Shown here: positions 35,800-47,729 of the stretch, in pieces
Layout of the letters: each line of letters starts with the position of its first letter
How positions within the stretch are numbered: position 1 is the first letter of the stretch
Notes under the pieces: model-generated
Told to the model about the DNA's origin: nothing
The model's database searches: none
The model's input: only the letters and a program-made list of their open reading frames with translations
Program-made: the position numbers and the translations under genes
NCBI GenBank assembly: GCA_013265495.1
Contig: MU058444.1
Span: forward strand, 2,108,001-2,172,000
Source of the DNA: Vicugna vicugna
Lineage: Eukaryota
Length of the DNA stretch: 64,000 nucleotides
Direction: 5' to 3'

Positions 35800-35911
35800 G
35801 GGGTGGGGGGTAATTAGATCTATCCATTTATTTTGATGGAGGTCCTGGGGATTGAACCCAGGACCTCGTGCATGCTAAGCACACGCTCTACCTCTGAGCT
35901 ATACCTTCCCC
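35800..35911 (-). mobile_element. Vic-1-like SINE
   Basis: A/B boxes; acaaag(c/t)ctatttt flanks. Confidence 0.88.
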
Positions 35912-36743
35912 CTACAAAGTCTATTTTAAAATGGCATTTAATCACATTGCTAAAACTTTATATCACGAATTTTCTCACTAAACGTTGTTACTATAAGCAC
36001 TGTCCATATTATCACATAATCTTCAGAAGTGTAACTGATAATGAACGTGATTACTCCACTATAGTATTATTTTCCTGTTATTTGGCATGTAGGGGTCCAA
36101 ATTTTTGTTACAATAAAGTAGTTTTGACTTAAAAGCTTTTTTCCCTATATTTTTAGATATCTTCTCTTTTTTCTGCTTTTTAAAGATATTTTCTACATTA
36201 AGAATTAATACAGATTTCTAAAAGTGGAATTACTGGGTCAAAGCATCATTTATAATTTTTGCTTTATATAGCTCATATATCTGTAAATTTACATATATTT
36301 TATATACATATACATATATGTATATAAAACAACTAGAAAGGTTCCATTCCTACCCTGAAACCTACTTCTCAGAGACACAGATTTTTATACACATACATTT
36401 TTTCCAAGATGTTGTTACGAATATTTTCATAAGATAAACAGACAACTGAAAGACTGACTTAAAGGATACTTTCCTTGGATTTTCCCTTCTTCAAAAACCA
36501 CACATGAATATTTCAACTGTATGTTAGTTACTACAGCAGTAAATAATGCATGTATCATAGAATTTTCCCCAGCACTTATCTTTGAAGAACAAAACCTACT
36601 TAACACACCAGCACATAACAGAATTAACGTGACACGCATTTTCAACAAAAAAGAGCCCGAGAAATGTATTTCATGGAAGGGTCACCCTCAGCGTTCTCCT
36701 CCCAGGTGCCAGGAAACGGTCACACAGAGGGTGCTGCTCTCAC

Positions 36744-36898
36744 CTCTGCACCAGCTGGTCTGCCTGGTAGTATTTCCCATCGATAAGAATCTGTACATCG
36801 ATGACATGCTGGCGCAACAGGTTCTCACACTCAAGGACGTAGCCGGCAATTTCTGCTTCGTTCTGAAACTGCACCCCTGATTCTAATCTTTTCGAATC
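36744..36898 (-). CDS. DST: DST exon ([23 protein letters not shown]...QLVQR)
   Basis: 155 nt, phase 0->2. Confidence 0.94.
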
Positions 36899-37179
36899 CT
36901 GTGTTTTAGAAGAACTCAGTATTAATTCTGTGAAACAAAGTTTCAAAACTAGCCTCAAATATAAAACTCGAAATACTGGGGCAGAAAGCTAGTTGGGTGT
37001 TCTCTGTTTTCCCTTTTGGTTCAAAAAACCGTTTTCCCTCAAGAGCGCAAAGGGAACATAGTCTTTAACACACTTTAGGTTTCAGGAGACAGACTGACCC
37101 AATGTTAGGCAAAGTTTTAGCTCATCTGAAGGCACAGCCACCTCCACCACAACCCCAGCGGCTCCTGAAACTGACTTAC

Positions 37180-37273
37180 AGACTGGAGAGCGTTGCGGGC
37201 AAGTATCAGTTTGTCTTCACAGATGATGCTGTCCCTCTGAACTCGGCTGGCAATTTGCTGCAACATTTCCAAC
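37180..37273 (-). CDS. DST: DST exon ([31 protein letters not shown]); first exon shared by e and a/b isoforms
   Basis: 94 nt, phase 2->0; compatible with both the 37394 and 40682 donors. Confidence 0.94.
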
Positions 37274-37393
37274 CTAAGAGAAGGGGCAGACAGAATAACA
37301 TAAAGCCTCTCCTTTGAAGTCGCAGTCTTCGCCACCCCTGGAAAAAGCAGCCCACCGGAAGCAAAACACGATCCCACACCAGCGACTCCGTAC

Positions 37394-37560
37394 CTGTGAC
37401 CATCGACAGATTCATTGCCAAAGCTGATGCAGGAGTTGATCAGCGTCGGACCACAATGAACCGAGAGGAGATTTTCATTTGAATCGAGACTGGTTCGGGT
37501 GCTAGTCGTGTTACTGAACACAGAATCGCTGCTATGGTAGCTGTAACTACTGCTGTGCAT
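37394..37560 (-). CDS. DST: BPAG1e-specific first coding exon ([32 protein letters not shown]...DGHR)
   Basis: Recognisable BP230 N-terminus; AAAATGC start context; CAG|GTACGG donor, phase 2. Confidence 0.95.
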
Positions 37561-37659
37561 TTTTACCCCTGAAATGATGCTCCTTCTTTGACCGTGAAAA
37601 GTAAACTAGAAAGCAGACGGTCTGCAAAAACTTCTACTTCTAACACTGAAAAGGGGCGG

Positions 37660-37880
37660 CTGAATGTTACAGCGTTAACGGCTCCTTAAATAGGCTCCAA
37701 GATGCATATTCCACACACAGCAAATAAATACGCTGATAGCTATTCAAAAGAGTCTCGCCTCCAGCCCTGTGTTTGCTGGCAGAGGGCTGCCTTTTGTAGC
37801 CTGCACGGAAGCCTGGCATGTACGAACAAGGCAGGTTGTTCGGGGCGTCACTGGAAAAGACTTGCCAAATATTTTCACCC
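37660..37880 (-). promoter_or_regulatory. DST: BPAG1e keratinocyte promoter: TATA-like TATTTAA (37686-37692), p63/p53-type site (37814-37833), KRE3-like element (37866-37875)
   Basis: Motifs read directly upstream of the BP230 ATG; function inferred from the known human promoter. Confidence 0.65.
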
Positions 37881-38689
37881 AGAGTCATCCGCCTGCAACC
37901 GCCTCAAAAACAACTCAGATGTCTCACCGAAGCCCAGCGACCATTAGCAAAGGGGAGTCTGGCAATACCAATTGTCAGCCAGAAGAATCCATCAGAGCCT
38001 GACCACAGCCTTCTGGAAAGGACCAGGTCGGTACTGAGCAACAGGGCTAAAGCCTGGGACGGGAAAGCGCCTGCCAACAGATGAGTGTGACAGTAAACCA
38101 AGTACAGACACTTCCAGGGTAACCACCAGGTCATTCGTTTATGAGGTTCAATGTCCTGAAAAAGTATCCATTTACCATTTACGTGCTCCCAAGGACGTTA
38201 TGCCTTACTAAAGTTCCTTCGCATTTTTAAAAGCCAAGCACTAAGCAGAATATCAGTGTGATGCTTGCAAGTTCCATCTGTCTGTGCTTGTTCTGTCTTT
38301 CTAGAGGTGATTGCCTGGCGTAAGAACGTTGGCTCTTTCTCTTTTGTCTTTCACGTGGTCCCATGCCACACAGCTATTATTTTGCAATACAGACTTCCTG
38401 CCAAAAAACTTGTTGCATCAAGAAAAACGAAGGCTTTATCTAGCCCAGCTCCGAAATATTTTCCTACGCCCAATGCTACAAAGCCAAACTGCTGCTTCTC
38501 CACCTGGACGGAGATAACTGTGCTTTTCAGAAAGCAAAGGGGAATCCGAGAGCGCCCTGTCACGTATAGTCAGCGCACAGAAAAGCACAAATTACTAAGA
38601 GCAGCGCCTAACGTTTCTTCGGCAGCTGTGACGTGTCAGGAAATTGATGATTTTAGAGACACACTCATAACCCGCAAATGCGGTAGGTA

Positions 38690-38830
38690 GTATTATGTCC
38701 TGTTTACAAGTGACGAGACTGAAGCTTTGAGAGCTTAGTGAACCTGAGATTCCCCGGCTTGCAAACCGAGCTAATAATTCATCCAGGACTGACTGGCTCC
38801 TGGACCCTGAACTCAACCACATGATCTTTT
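38690..38830. mobile_element. MIR relic
   Basis: tattatgtcctgtttacaagtgacgagactgaagct... Confidence 0.5.
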
Positions 38831-39914
38831 ATTAACATATATTCAAACCCAGCTGCTACTCTGATGACGGACATCTGCCATGTACCCCCTCTGGCGTATC
38901 TGCCCTTATTTCAGAGGATAAGCTGAGTATTCTAACCACCCAGAATCATCTCCATGAAAGGTCCCTCCTGTGTAGTCCTGGCGTGTTCTGGTTCTAGTGA
39001 TCCAGTTGTGCAGATATAATAATGTACTTTAAGAAGTGCATTAGATTCATCAGTAATTTAATGAAGGCCTCACTACACAGACTTGCTCCTGCATCTTCAA
39101 TGCATCAGTGCATACTTCTTTCATGTGGAAGTGATGAGGGACCCTCAGGACCCTGAGGGCCCCTGTGTAGCAGGCCCAGTGTTAAGTCTGCCAACACAAG
39201 GGATGGCAAAAAAAAGGGGGGGTTGTCTTCACGTAATGAAAGCTCACAGCTGTGGAACAGGCAGCCCTTATCCCAGCAATCACAGAAATGAACACAAAAT
39301 TACAACCGAGATAAGGAACAGCAGCTAGGAAGGAACAACACGTGAACTAGGAAGGTTACAACCAAGACGCCTGGACCAGCCTGGGAGGCCGCGGGAAGTC
39401 TCTGGAGGAAACGACGTGGGAGCTGAGATCTGAGAAAGATGGGGAGTCAAGAGAGATGGGGAGGGTGAGACTGACTTCCCTGCCGAAGGAACGCATGGTG
39501 CAAAGACCCCTTAATGGGGCAGGGTGGGCCTTGGCACATCAGGGCTACTGAGAGGCAGGCAGCGTGGCTGCCCCGCAGACATGGGAGGTGTGACACCAGG
39601 GGCCTGAGGGCTACGCCTGTCCTGGCCTCCAGGCTGTAAGACCAGGCCCATGGACTCAGGCCACAAGCCCCATTCACCACAAGTCAGGCTGCGACGCACA
39701 GACTACGATGGAGACAGATCCGTCCCCCAGACGTCTCCTGAGGGCTACATGGTACCTTCCTGGGCATGTGGGTATAGTGGGAGAGACAGGTTGAGGTCAG
39801 TGATGACTTTCTGGAGTAAGTGCATTCGTGGACATGGGATGAGGCGAACGTGAGCCGGTATTTACTAAGTGTTCTCCAGATGCCACCTCACTGCCCTTCA
39901 AACAGAGGTCTTGC

Positions 39915-40050
39915 GGGGAAGGTATAGCTCAGCGCTAGAGCACATGCTTAACATGCATGAGGTCCCGGGTTCAATCCCCAGTGCCTCCGTTAAAGGATAA
40001 ATACATAAATAAACCTAACCACCCACCCCCAAAAATAAAACAAACAAAAA
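39915..40050 (+). mobile_element. Vic-1-like SINE
   Basis: A/B boxes; aaa(c/t)agaggtct flanks. Confidence 0.87.
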
Positions 40051-40681
40051 AACAAATAGAGGTCTCATTGCCCCATGGGAAGAGGGCCACAGCCAAAAAT
40101 GTAACAAGAAATAAACTAAGTTAACTGCTGATCTATGTATGAGTGTCCAGACCCAGGCCTTGGAGACTTAAATCAGTTTGAGAACTCCTCACTGGTAATC
40201 CTGATTGACTTTAAAACTGTAACCACCCGTTATACACAGATGTGTGAATAGCTGTTGTATGTAACAGTTATACGTGTATATACTATTTATGTAACAGTCA
40301 CAGATGTATCACTGAATCACTTTGCTGAACACCTGAAACTAACACTGTACATCAACTACACTTCAATAAAAAATAAACAAATAAACAAAACAACCAATCA
40401 AAAAAAAGCGGTAGCCACCATACTGAATGAGACTTCATGCGCCAACCGAGCCTAGCAGGCCCTCTCTGACATTCCTCCACTGAGTCAAGTCCTCAAACCC
40501 CAAGGAAGAGCTTCTCGATGAGAAAATGAAGCAGCAGAAAGACCAAGGTCACACAGCCAAGCAAGTGGAAAAGGAGATCAATGCTGGTCCCAGGCCAGCC
40601 AGTCTCCAGAGCTTAAGTTCTTCCCACGTGAGAAGAGCCCCCTCCCATCGCGACAGCCGGGGCACAAAACACCCCCATCAC

Positions 40682-40809
40682 CTTTCCACCTCGGGACGCA
40701 GAGCCTTCTCCCTCTCCAGCATGGCGATGATGAGCTTCCCCCATTCTTTTTCTATGTCGTTTGGGTGATAACCTTGAAGGAGTTTGATGCGTCCAAACTC
40801 TATCCAAAT
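40682..40809 (-). CDS. DST: DST a/b exon ([43 protein letters not shown])
   Basis: 128 nt, phase 0->2. Confidence 0.94.
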
Positions 40810-40927
40810 CTAGAGAAAAGAAAAAAAAGTTAACATGAAGCAAAGATGTCAGAACTTATGTTTTTTTAAATAAAGAGAGATTATTAATAAAGATGATGTC
40901 GACAACACAAAGGAAGCTTCCACTCAC

Positions 40928-41023
40928 CTCCAATAATTTATATAGGCGTTTAATTTTTGATTTTTCTGTCTCCTTTGGTGGAATTTCTGTTTCTTTAAAC
41001 TGTAAGTACTGATTATAAAGTGC
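40928..41023 (-). CDS. DST: DST a/b exon ([32 protein letters not shown])
   Basis: 96 nt. Confidence 0.94.
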
Positions 41024-41358
41024 CTGAAATGAAAGGAAAAATAAACAGAGAGACAAACTTCAAAGACTGGTTTTCATCATCACATCATGTGGACACTTCA
41101 GATGCCGTCTCCTCTGTCACCTGCATTCGGTGGACACTTGGGACACCGACAATTCCCAGCCAGCTGGTAACCAGATTGTGTGAGGTCTGAGAAGGGTGTG
41201 ATTATTGCTGTGAGCCCAGATTCAACACGTGACACACAAGGATCTGGATAGTAAAAACCACAGCAGTGTCTCCTGCAGCTCCACTATCAAACTCTTTTCG
41301 TCCAAACAAGAAGACTTATCCTTTAAAAGATGCATTTTCGGGGTGAGGGAAGCTGGTA

Positions 41359-41454
41359 GGGAAGGTATAGCTCAGGGGTAGAGCACGTGCTTAGCATGCA
41401 CAAGGTCCTGGGTTCAATCCCCAGTACCTTCATTAAAAAAGAAAATTTTTTTTT
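41359..41454 (+). mobile_element. Vic-1-like SINE (short tail)
   Basis: A/B boxes; aagatgca(t/c)tttc flanks. Confidence 0.85.
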
Positions 41455-41779
41455 GAAGATGCACTTTCCAAATGCTGCACTTCTTTAGCTTTTAGGTTTT
41501 AGAAAAATAATCTGATGCAATTCCCATAATAGGGGGTGGAGGACATTCTCCTCTATTTCATGGTCTATCCTTGAAAACAGAATTCTTATCAGATAAATAG
41601 GAGTAAAATTTGGTTTTAATGTCCCATTGGCCAAATTAAGCAGCTCCTGTAGTGAATGAAGACACATGCTCTTGGTTGTTGCTACTATCATGTAAGCTGA
41701 AACCATATAATTAAATTACTATCTAATTTATAGATATTAACTTGGGAATCTCTTAAATATGTTTATTATATTTATTTAA

Positions 41780-41935
41780 AAGGACCTTACTGAACTACAT
41801 TCAATATCTTCTTATAACCTTTAATGGTAAAGAGTATGAAAACAAATATATGTATTATATACATATACATGACTGGGAAATTGTGTTGCACACCAGAGAT
41901 TGACACATTGTAACTGACTGTGCTTCAATTTTAAA
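41780..41935 (+). mobile_element. L1 3' end fragment
   Basis: caccagagattgacacattgtaactgactgtgcttcaat. Confidence 0.75.
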
Positions 41936-43376
41936 AGAGCACCTTATAAAAATTATGTTGATACAGTGTCACCACATTTAATAATTAGAATGTAGACTAA
42001 TTATTGCAAACCAATTTATGCTGCTTTAAAACAAGTCCCTGCAAATCTTCAGGCAGATTTCCCCGAAGGATTCCATTCAAAGTTTTGCTGGCTAACAAAA
42101 TTACTTGGTCTTTCCCCTCGATATATTTTTTTTTCCTGCGTCACGTTCTATTCTAGGCACCAGCAAGGAATCTGTGTGGTCACTCCAACTTCTTTAATTA
42201 CTTAGAAATCTGCATTAATCAGAAGCCAGCATGAATTTGCCCAAATGTCTGGACAACAGGAATCCATCTGGAAGTGAGTGGAACTTGAAATCTGAAAAAC
42301 TGTTTTAAACTCAGCAACGTTTCAGGATGTCCAGCGGTGAGTAAGCGTGGAATGCCCCTATGTCTAAACACTGTTCTCAGTCTATGCGGTGACAGAGGAG
42401 GGAGGAAAGCGCTCCTGCCCAGGGAGCTCCCATCCGCACAGGGAGACGCCACACAAGCAATTCAGAGAACTCAGAGAGCAGCACATCAACACACGCCAAG
42501 GAACTGCGTGCCAAGGACACACTCCCTGCGGCAACGGGAATAAAAGCTGTTCCGCAGATGTTCTGAACAGACACATGGACGCAATTAATGACTTTAACAG
42601 GGCCCATCCTGGGTGAGGTCTGTAACTGTCATTCTAGTCCGATCAGGAAAACCAAGTCTACATTCAAGGAATGTAGACCCAATAATTCACATTATCCACG
42701 TCTCGAAAGAAAGCACAGTACTTTGCTACGACAAACTACATACAAAACGGGACAACTTATTTTCAGGAAGTTTATATATCTGTACTGTCTTTTAATGTTT
42801 CTCTAATGTCTTGGCCTCAGAGAGGTGGACTGAGGTTCTCGGGTAGGAGTACATGTTTACCAAACCATGAGCTCATTGACACTGCGAGTCAGGTCTGTAC
42901 TTTCGAATTCATGGTGAAATATCATATGCACCTCCTGCCACACAACAGAAGCCTCTGGGGCAGTTTTTTTAACAGGATGCGACCACAGGCACATGCCCAG
43001 CCATGGCCGTACTGGGACAGGCTTCCGACCCCCTCCTGCCTGGGCCATCTGCCGGCTCCAGGCAGCTCCCGTGCACCAAAAACAACTTGGCAATGTCACT
43101 TCCAGAGACCCTCTCAAATTAAACCTTTAACTCTCAACAACTCAAACTTCAGGGACTATACACATTTCTTTCAGATCTAAGGTAAATAAACAGAATCAGG
43201 TTTACTTCTACTTTCTCTGTTAATAGGAATTGAATAAATTTTTTTAAACGTATCTACTGATCAGTAGCTTGTCAAGGGCAATGCTTGTTGAACTTTGGAA
43301 ATGAGAGGACCCGTTTGGCATTATTTGCAAGTTTCACCATAAGCCCCTCCCTCTCGACGTCTACAGGGACACAGAC

Positions 43377-43496
43377 CTTGAGTTCTACAGGATTATTAGG
43401 AAATGTCCTCTCGGACATCACGGTCACGTGGTGTCGGATCCACTGGACGAGGTAGTTCACCATATTCTGGTACTCAATCCATTTGACTTCCACATC
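43377..43496 (-). CDS. DST: DST a/b exon ([40 protein letters not shown])
   Basis: 120 nt. Confidence 0.95.
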
Positions 43497-44932
43497 CTGG
43501 AACAAGAAAACGGCAGAGAAGATGTGTTATCGTCCGCATCTGCAGACACTAACATTCACAGCACACACGACTGGGTCACAGGTCATTCTGCGGATGGACA
43601 CGTCTTTAAGCCTGACAGGACCAGCTGGATGTTTTCTTACTTTCCACCCAGTTTCAACACTTTGCACATAAACAGCTTTAAAAGCAGGCTATCCACATCT
43701 GACCACGAAGACTGGCTAATGAGTGCCAGTTCTGATCCAGGCCTCGTGGTGCCCAGAAGCACCGGGCTGAGAAGTCTTCTGAGACTGCACTGAAATGTAG
43801 CAGGAAAAACACTGTGATCAATTTTGGTTTTTTTCCCCCAGGCATTCAATACACGGTGTAAGCCAGGGTAGTTTCCATCTCTGCCAGCCTTTCCCAAGTC
43901 CACCTTAAATCTGAGACTCAAAGAGTTATGCAGTATGTAGGAAATGAGATGGCGATGAAAGCTACAGGAGATGTGTATGGCGGGGTTATTCAAGTCCTCA
44001 TTAAGAAAACTTTCTTTTTTAAATGGAGGACTGAAAGACTGTCACTTGTGATATTCAATTAAGTATCTGATGAGTGCGTATCCTGTTCAAAGCACTGTGC
44101 GAAGTGTTATAATAAGAACACAATACTTGAAGACAATACCTTTGAGCAGTTACTGTCTAGATGACGAGGCAAGAGAGAGTCATAATATAGACAGTTAAGC
44201 AAAAAGAAAAGCAGCATTTAACAAGCGTTGAGGTAACTGAAGCAGTTTGTATATGTGTGGCATTGAAATAAGCACCAAGCAAGCAAAACTGTGCCTCAGA
44301 AGGGTCCCTCGAGGCTTCCTGGGAAAGGGGGTCCCTGAGCAGTTCTAACATGACCAGTAACTGCTGGTGGGTGCAGGAAGCAGCAGATAAAAGACGGGGG
44401 AGGTCCTAAGGGGACTCAGGACTCTGAAACAGAAACGCCCTGGACACCACAAATGGTTTGTGCTGGGACGTCACCAGTAAGACACAGGTAACTAACACGT
44501 GCCGAGCTGCGGATGTCAGAACGGCCCGGCAGATTCCATCCAGCCAGCCGTGTGCAGCCCGGAACGTGTCCAGGCTAACCTGGTGACAATGTGCAGAATT
44601 GACGGGAAGAGGAAAACAAATGGAGACAGAACCCTGAATGACAGCTCGCACCCTTGTTCTACGTGAAAGGCTGAGAGTGAGGAACTGGGCGGACGCTGCG
44701 AGATCAAGCAAGGATTGGCCGCTAGAACCTTCTGGAGCAACGCTCAGCCCTGAATGACTGGCAGACACTGGAGGGGAGGAGGAGCGAGGGAGCAAGTCAC
44801 TCGGGGATCAGCCTTCGGGACAAAGAACAAGAGGAGAGAATAGAAATATGCCTATGACGACAGCACACAGAGGCGAAACAGGAGACCAGAGAGGGGAGCT
44901 CCTAGGTCCTCTAAGTGAAACAGGTTGGAGGA

Positions 44933-45035
44933 GGGGAGGGTATAGCTCAGTGGTAGAGCGCCTGCTTAGCATGCACAAGGACGTCCTCTAAAAATAAATA
45001 AACAAACCTAATTATCCCGCCTGCCCCCCTCCCAA
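44933..45035 (+). mobile_element. Vic-1-like SINE with internal deletion of the B box
   Basis: ...gcatgcacaagg joins acgtcctctaaaaataaa with no GGGTTCAATCCCC. Confidence 0.8.
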
Positions 45036-45468
45036 AAGTGGCAATTCAGAAAGGAGGTATCTGCAGGAGGCGTGGGGCAGCCAGGGTGAGGGGGGCTCCC
45101 CGCCAGACACACGACCCACGACAGCGTGTCCTGTTTTCCTCCAGAAACGCACAGGCACAAAACACATGGCTGCAATGAACTGCACAAACCCTGGGGACCA
45201 ATAAAGAGCCCAAAGCTACATGTCAGAGACTTTGCCCTGCCACGAAGTAGCTCTGTTCCTTTGTTCAAATCAAATCACCTTCCTCCAAGCCTCACCTTTT
45301 AATCAGAAAACAATTATCTCCTGGGATCACCTAAGGTAATAAACCTGAAAGTGACTTCAGAAGTGAGATATTCTACATGTACAGAAGGACACCAAACAGA
45401 GCAGCTGCAAAACAGCGGCAAGTGAAACCCTCTTACTGGAGCGGTTATAGCTTTTACTTCTCAAGTGA

Positions 45469-45680
45469 GGGGGGAGGGTACAGCTCAAGTGGTAGAGCGC
45501 ATGCTTAGCGCAACACGGTCCTGGGTTGCATCCCCAACACCTCCTCTAAAAATAAAAGATGTAAGTAAACCTAATTCCCAGTACCTCATCTAAAAATAAA
45601 TAAGTAAACCTAATTACCTCCCCCTAAAAAAAAAAAACAAAATAATTTTTTTAAATAAATAAAATTAAATTTTAAAAAGG
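45469..45680 (+). mobile_element. Vic-1-like SINE with duplicated 3' segment
   Basis: acctc(c/a)tctaaaaataaa...taagtaaacctaatt occurs twice. Confidence 0.82.
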
Positions 45681-45934
45681 AGATAAAATGACATGCAACT
45701 CTGAACAGCCTACTATACTGATAACACAAAGACATTTTTTTGCGTTCTACTTCAATTGCAATAGTGGAATGGCGCCCTTCAAATGCACATGGTATCCATT
45801 TATTGAAGAGTGTAATAACCCAAATCCTTTAAAAAATACGCGATATTTTAAACCTGTACCAAGCACTATCAGAGAATTCAGCCAACCGGTCTTTTCTGAG
45901 TGAACAGCTTCTGGGCGGAAAAATCAGTACTCAC

Positions 45935-46041
45935 ATTTGCACCGATGCCTTCTCCGCCCTCAGGGACTTTGGGGAATGCATCATAGAGAGATGACACGTA
46001 AGTTATTACTGACTTTTCATCAGGTGAGGAGACGTCAACAT
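45935..46041 (-). CDS. DST: DST CH2 C-terminal exon ([36 protein letters not shown])
   Basis: 107 nt, phase 1->0; [10 protein letters not shown] calponin-homology motif. Confidence 0.95.
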
Positions 46042-46136
46042 CTGAAAGCAGCGACATGAATTATTTCAAAATGCTGACAAATTTCTGCAGATCAGACTTT
46101 CAAGCCAGGCTCCCTCTAATCGAGACGGTCACTCAC

Positions 46137-46249
46137 CTTCAGGATCCAGAAGTCTTATGACACCGATTTTTTCGGCCACGTAAAAAGCGTGCTCTAAATT
46201 TGCAAGGTTGCTTTGAACAGCAACAGTATTCATGTCTATCAGGTCCGGC
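46137..46249 (-). CDS. DST: DST CH2 exon ([37 protein letters not shown])
   Basis: 113 nt, phase 2->1. The canonical upstream exon was not found in the remaining ~17.7 kb, so it presumably lies beyond 64000. Confidence 0.95.
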
Positions 46250-46422
46250 CTAGGAAAAAATTCACCGTGTTAATTACATCCCTAGCTTGCTGATTCAATG
46301 TGAAATTCATGTGTGTCTATTTACAGAACAACTCCTGCACTGAACACTAACACTACACCTGTGCTGAAATACAGAGATTTTCATCACACCTCTAACATTG
46401 CTCACTTCTCTCAGAAACTTCT

Positions 46423-47000
46423 GTGGAAGCAACCTGAGTGTCCATGGACAGATGACTGGATAAAGAAGATGTGGTATATTTCTACCATGGAATACTACTC
46501 GGCCATAAAAAATAATGAAATCATGCCATTTGCAGGAACATGGATGGACCTGGAGGTTATGATACTAAGTCAGTCAGAGCAAGACAAAATATCATATGAT
46601 ATCATTTATATGTGGAATCTAAAAAAATGACACAAATGAACTTATTTATAAACCAGCAGCAGACTCACAGGTATGGAAAACAAACTTATGGTTACCAAAG
46701 GGGAAAAGGGTGGGGGAATAAATTGGGAGTTTGGGATTTGTAGATAAAGACTACTACATACGATAAAAGAGACAAACAACAAGGTCCTACTGTACAGCAC
46801 AGGGCATCGATACAATATATCAACATATCCCCTGTGCTATATAGGGTGTCTATTACAAGATAGTGAATATATCAGTATTCAGTGAATATATCAACATCTT
46901 GGAATAGCCCCATAATGAAATATGTGTGTAATGAATCGCTATGCTGCATACCGGAAACTAACAGAGCATTGTAAATCAACTAAACTTCAGTAAAAAAAAA
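46423..47000 (+). mobile_element. L1 ORF2-end/3'UTR fragment
   Basis: Translates WKQPECPWTDDWIKKMWYISTMEYYSAIKNNEIMPFAGTWMDLE (L1 ORF2 C-terminus), followed by 3'UTR and A tail. Confidence 0.9.
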
Positions 47001-47704
47001 GAGAGACACCCTTTTTGGCCAAAGCAAACAGAACAAGGAAAATAAAACATAATGTATAAACTTTCAGCAAATTCTACAACTTCCTCGTAATCAGAATACA
47101 TAGGAGTATCTGCCCCATTTAACTGATTTAAGCTCCACTCCTTCAATGGGATCCTTCTAACCCAACTAGCATCTCCTCGGCATTTCTCCCCGGACACAAA
47201 GAGCTCACGCCCGCTTCCCGGTCACTCCCACGGCACAGCCCCCACCGCCCTGCAGGCGCCCTTTCCAGACACTGCTGTATTCCACAACCTAACTCATCCT
47301 GCGGGCAGAGATCAGGTCCCACCTCCTCTATGGGGCCCTCCCTAACCTCCCCAGCCCTCATTTTTCTCTCTGTTCTCTGAACTCCTTATACTCCTGGGCC
47401 TGGGCCCGGGCCCATTAATCTGGCATTTGGAATAATCACATCCTTCTTTGCCCTATAGATTCACTGTGTAATGTGCAGGTACATCTTGTTTCTCCCAACT
47501 GGTCAACTTCCAGGACTGCAAGAACCACATGGTATTAGTAAACTTTTGCACCTTACCCCTCTGCTGACATAGAGGGGCATCGACATTGCAGACGCTCAGT
47601 AGTACCTACAGATGAGTCGGTAAGCAGGTTGGTTAGTTAGTAAATTGAATCCTACATGAAAGACCAAAGTAAGCACTAGCTTATAGCTTCACAAGCATTG
47701 TGTT

Positions 47705-47729
47705 ACACACACACACACACACACACACA
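47705..47729. repeat. (CA)n microsatellite
   Basis: Seen directly. Confidence 0.9.

Noticed and set aside
46313..46630. 105-aa ORF as a host gene
   Set aside because: It is the C-terminus of a truncated L1 ORF2
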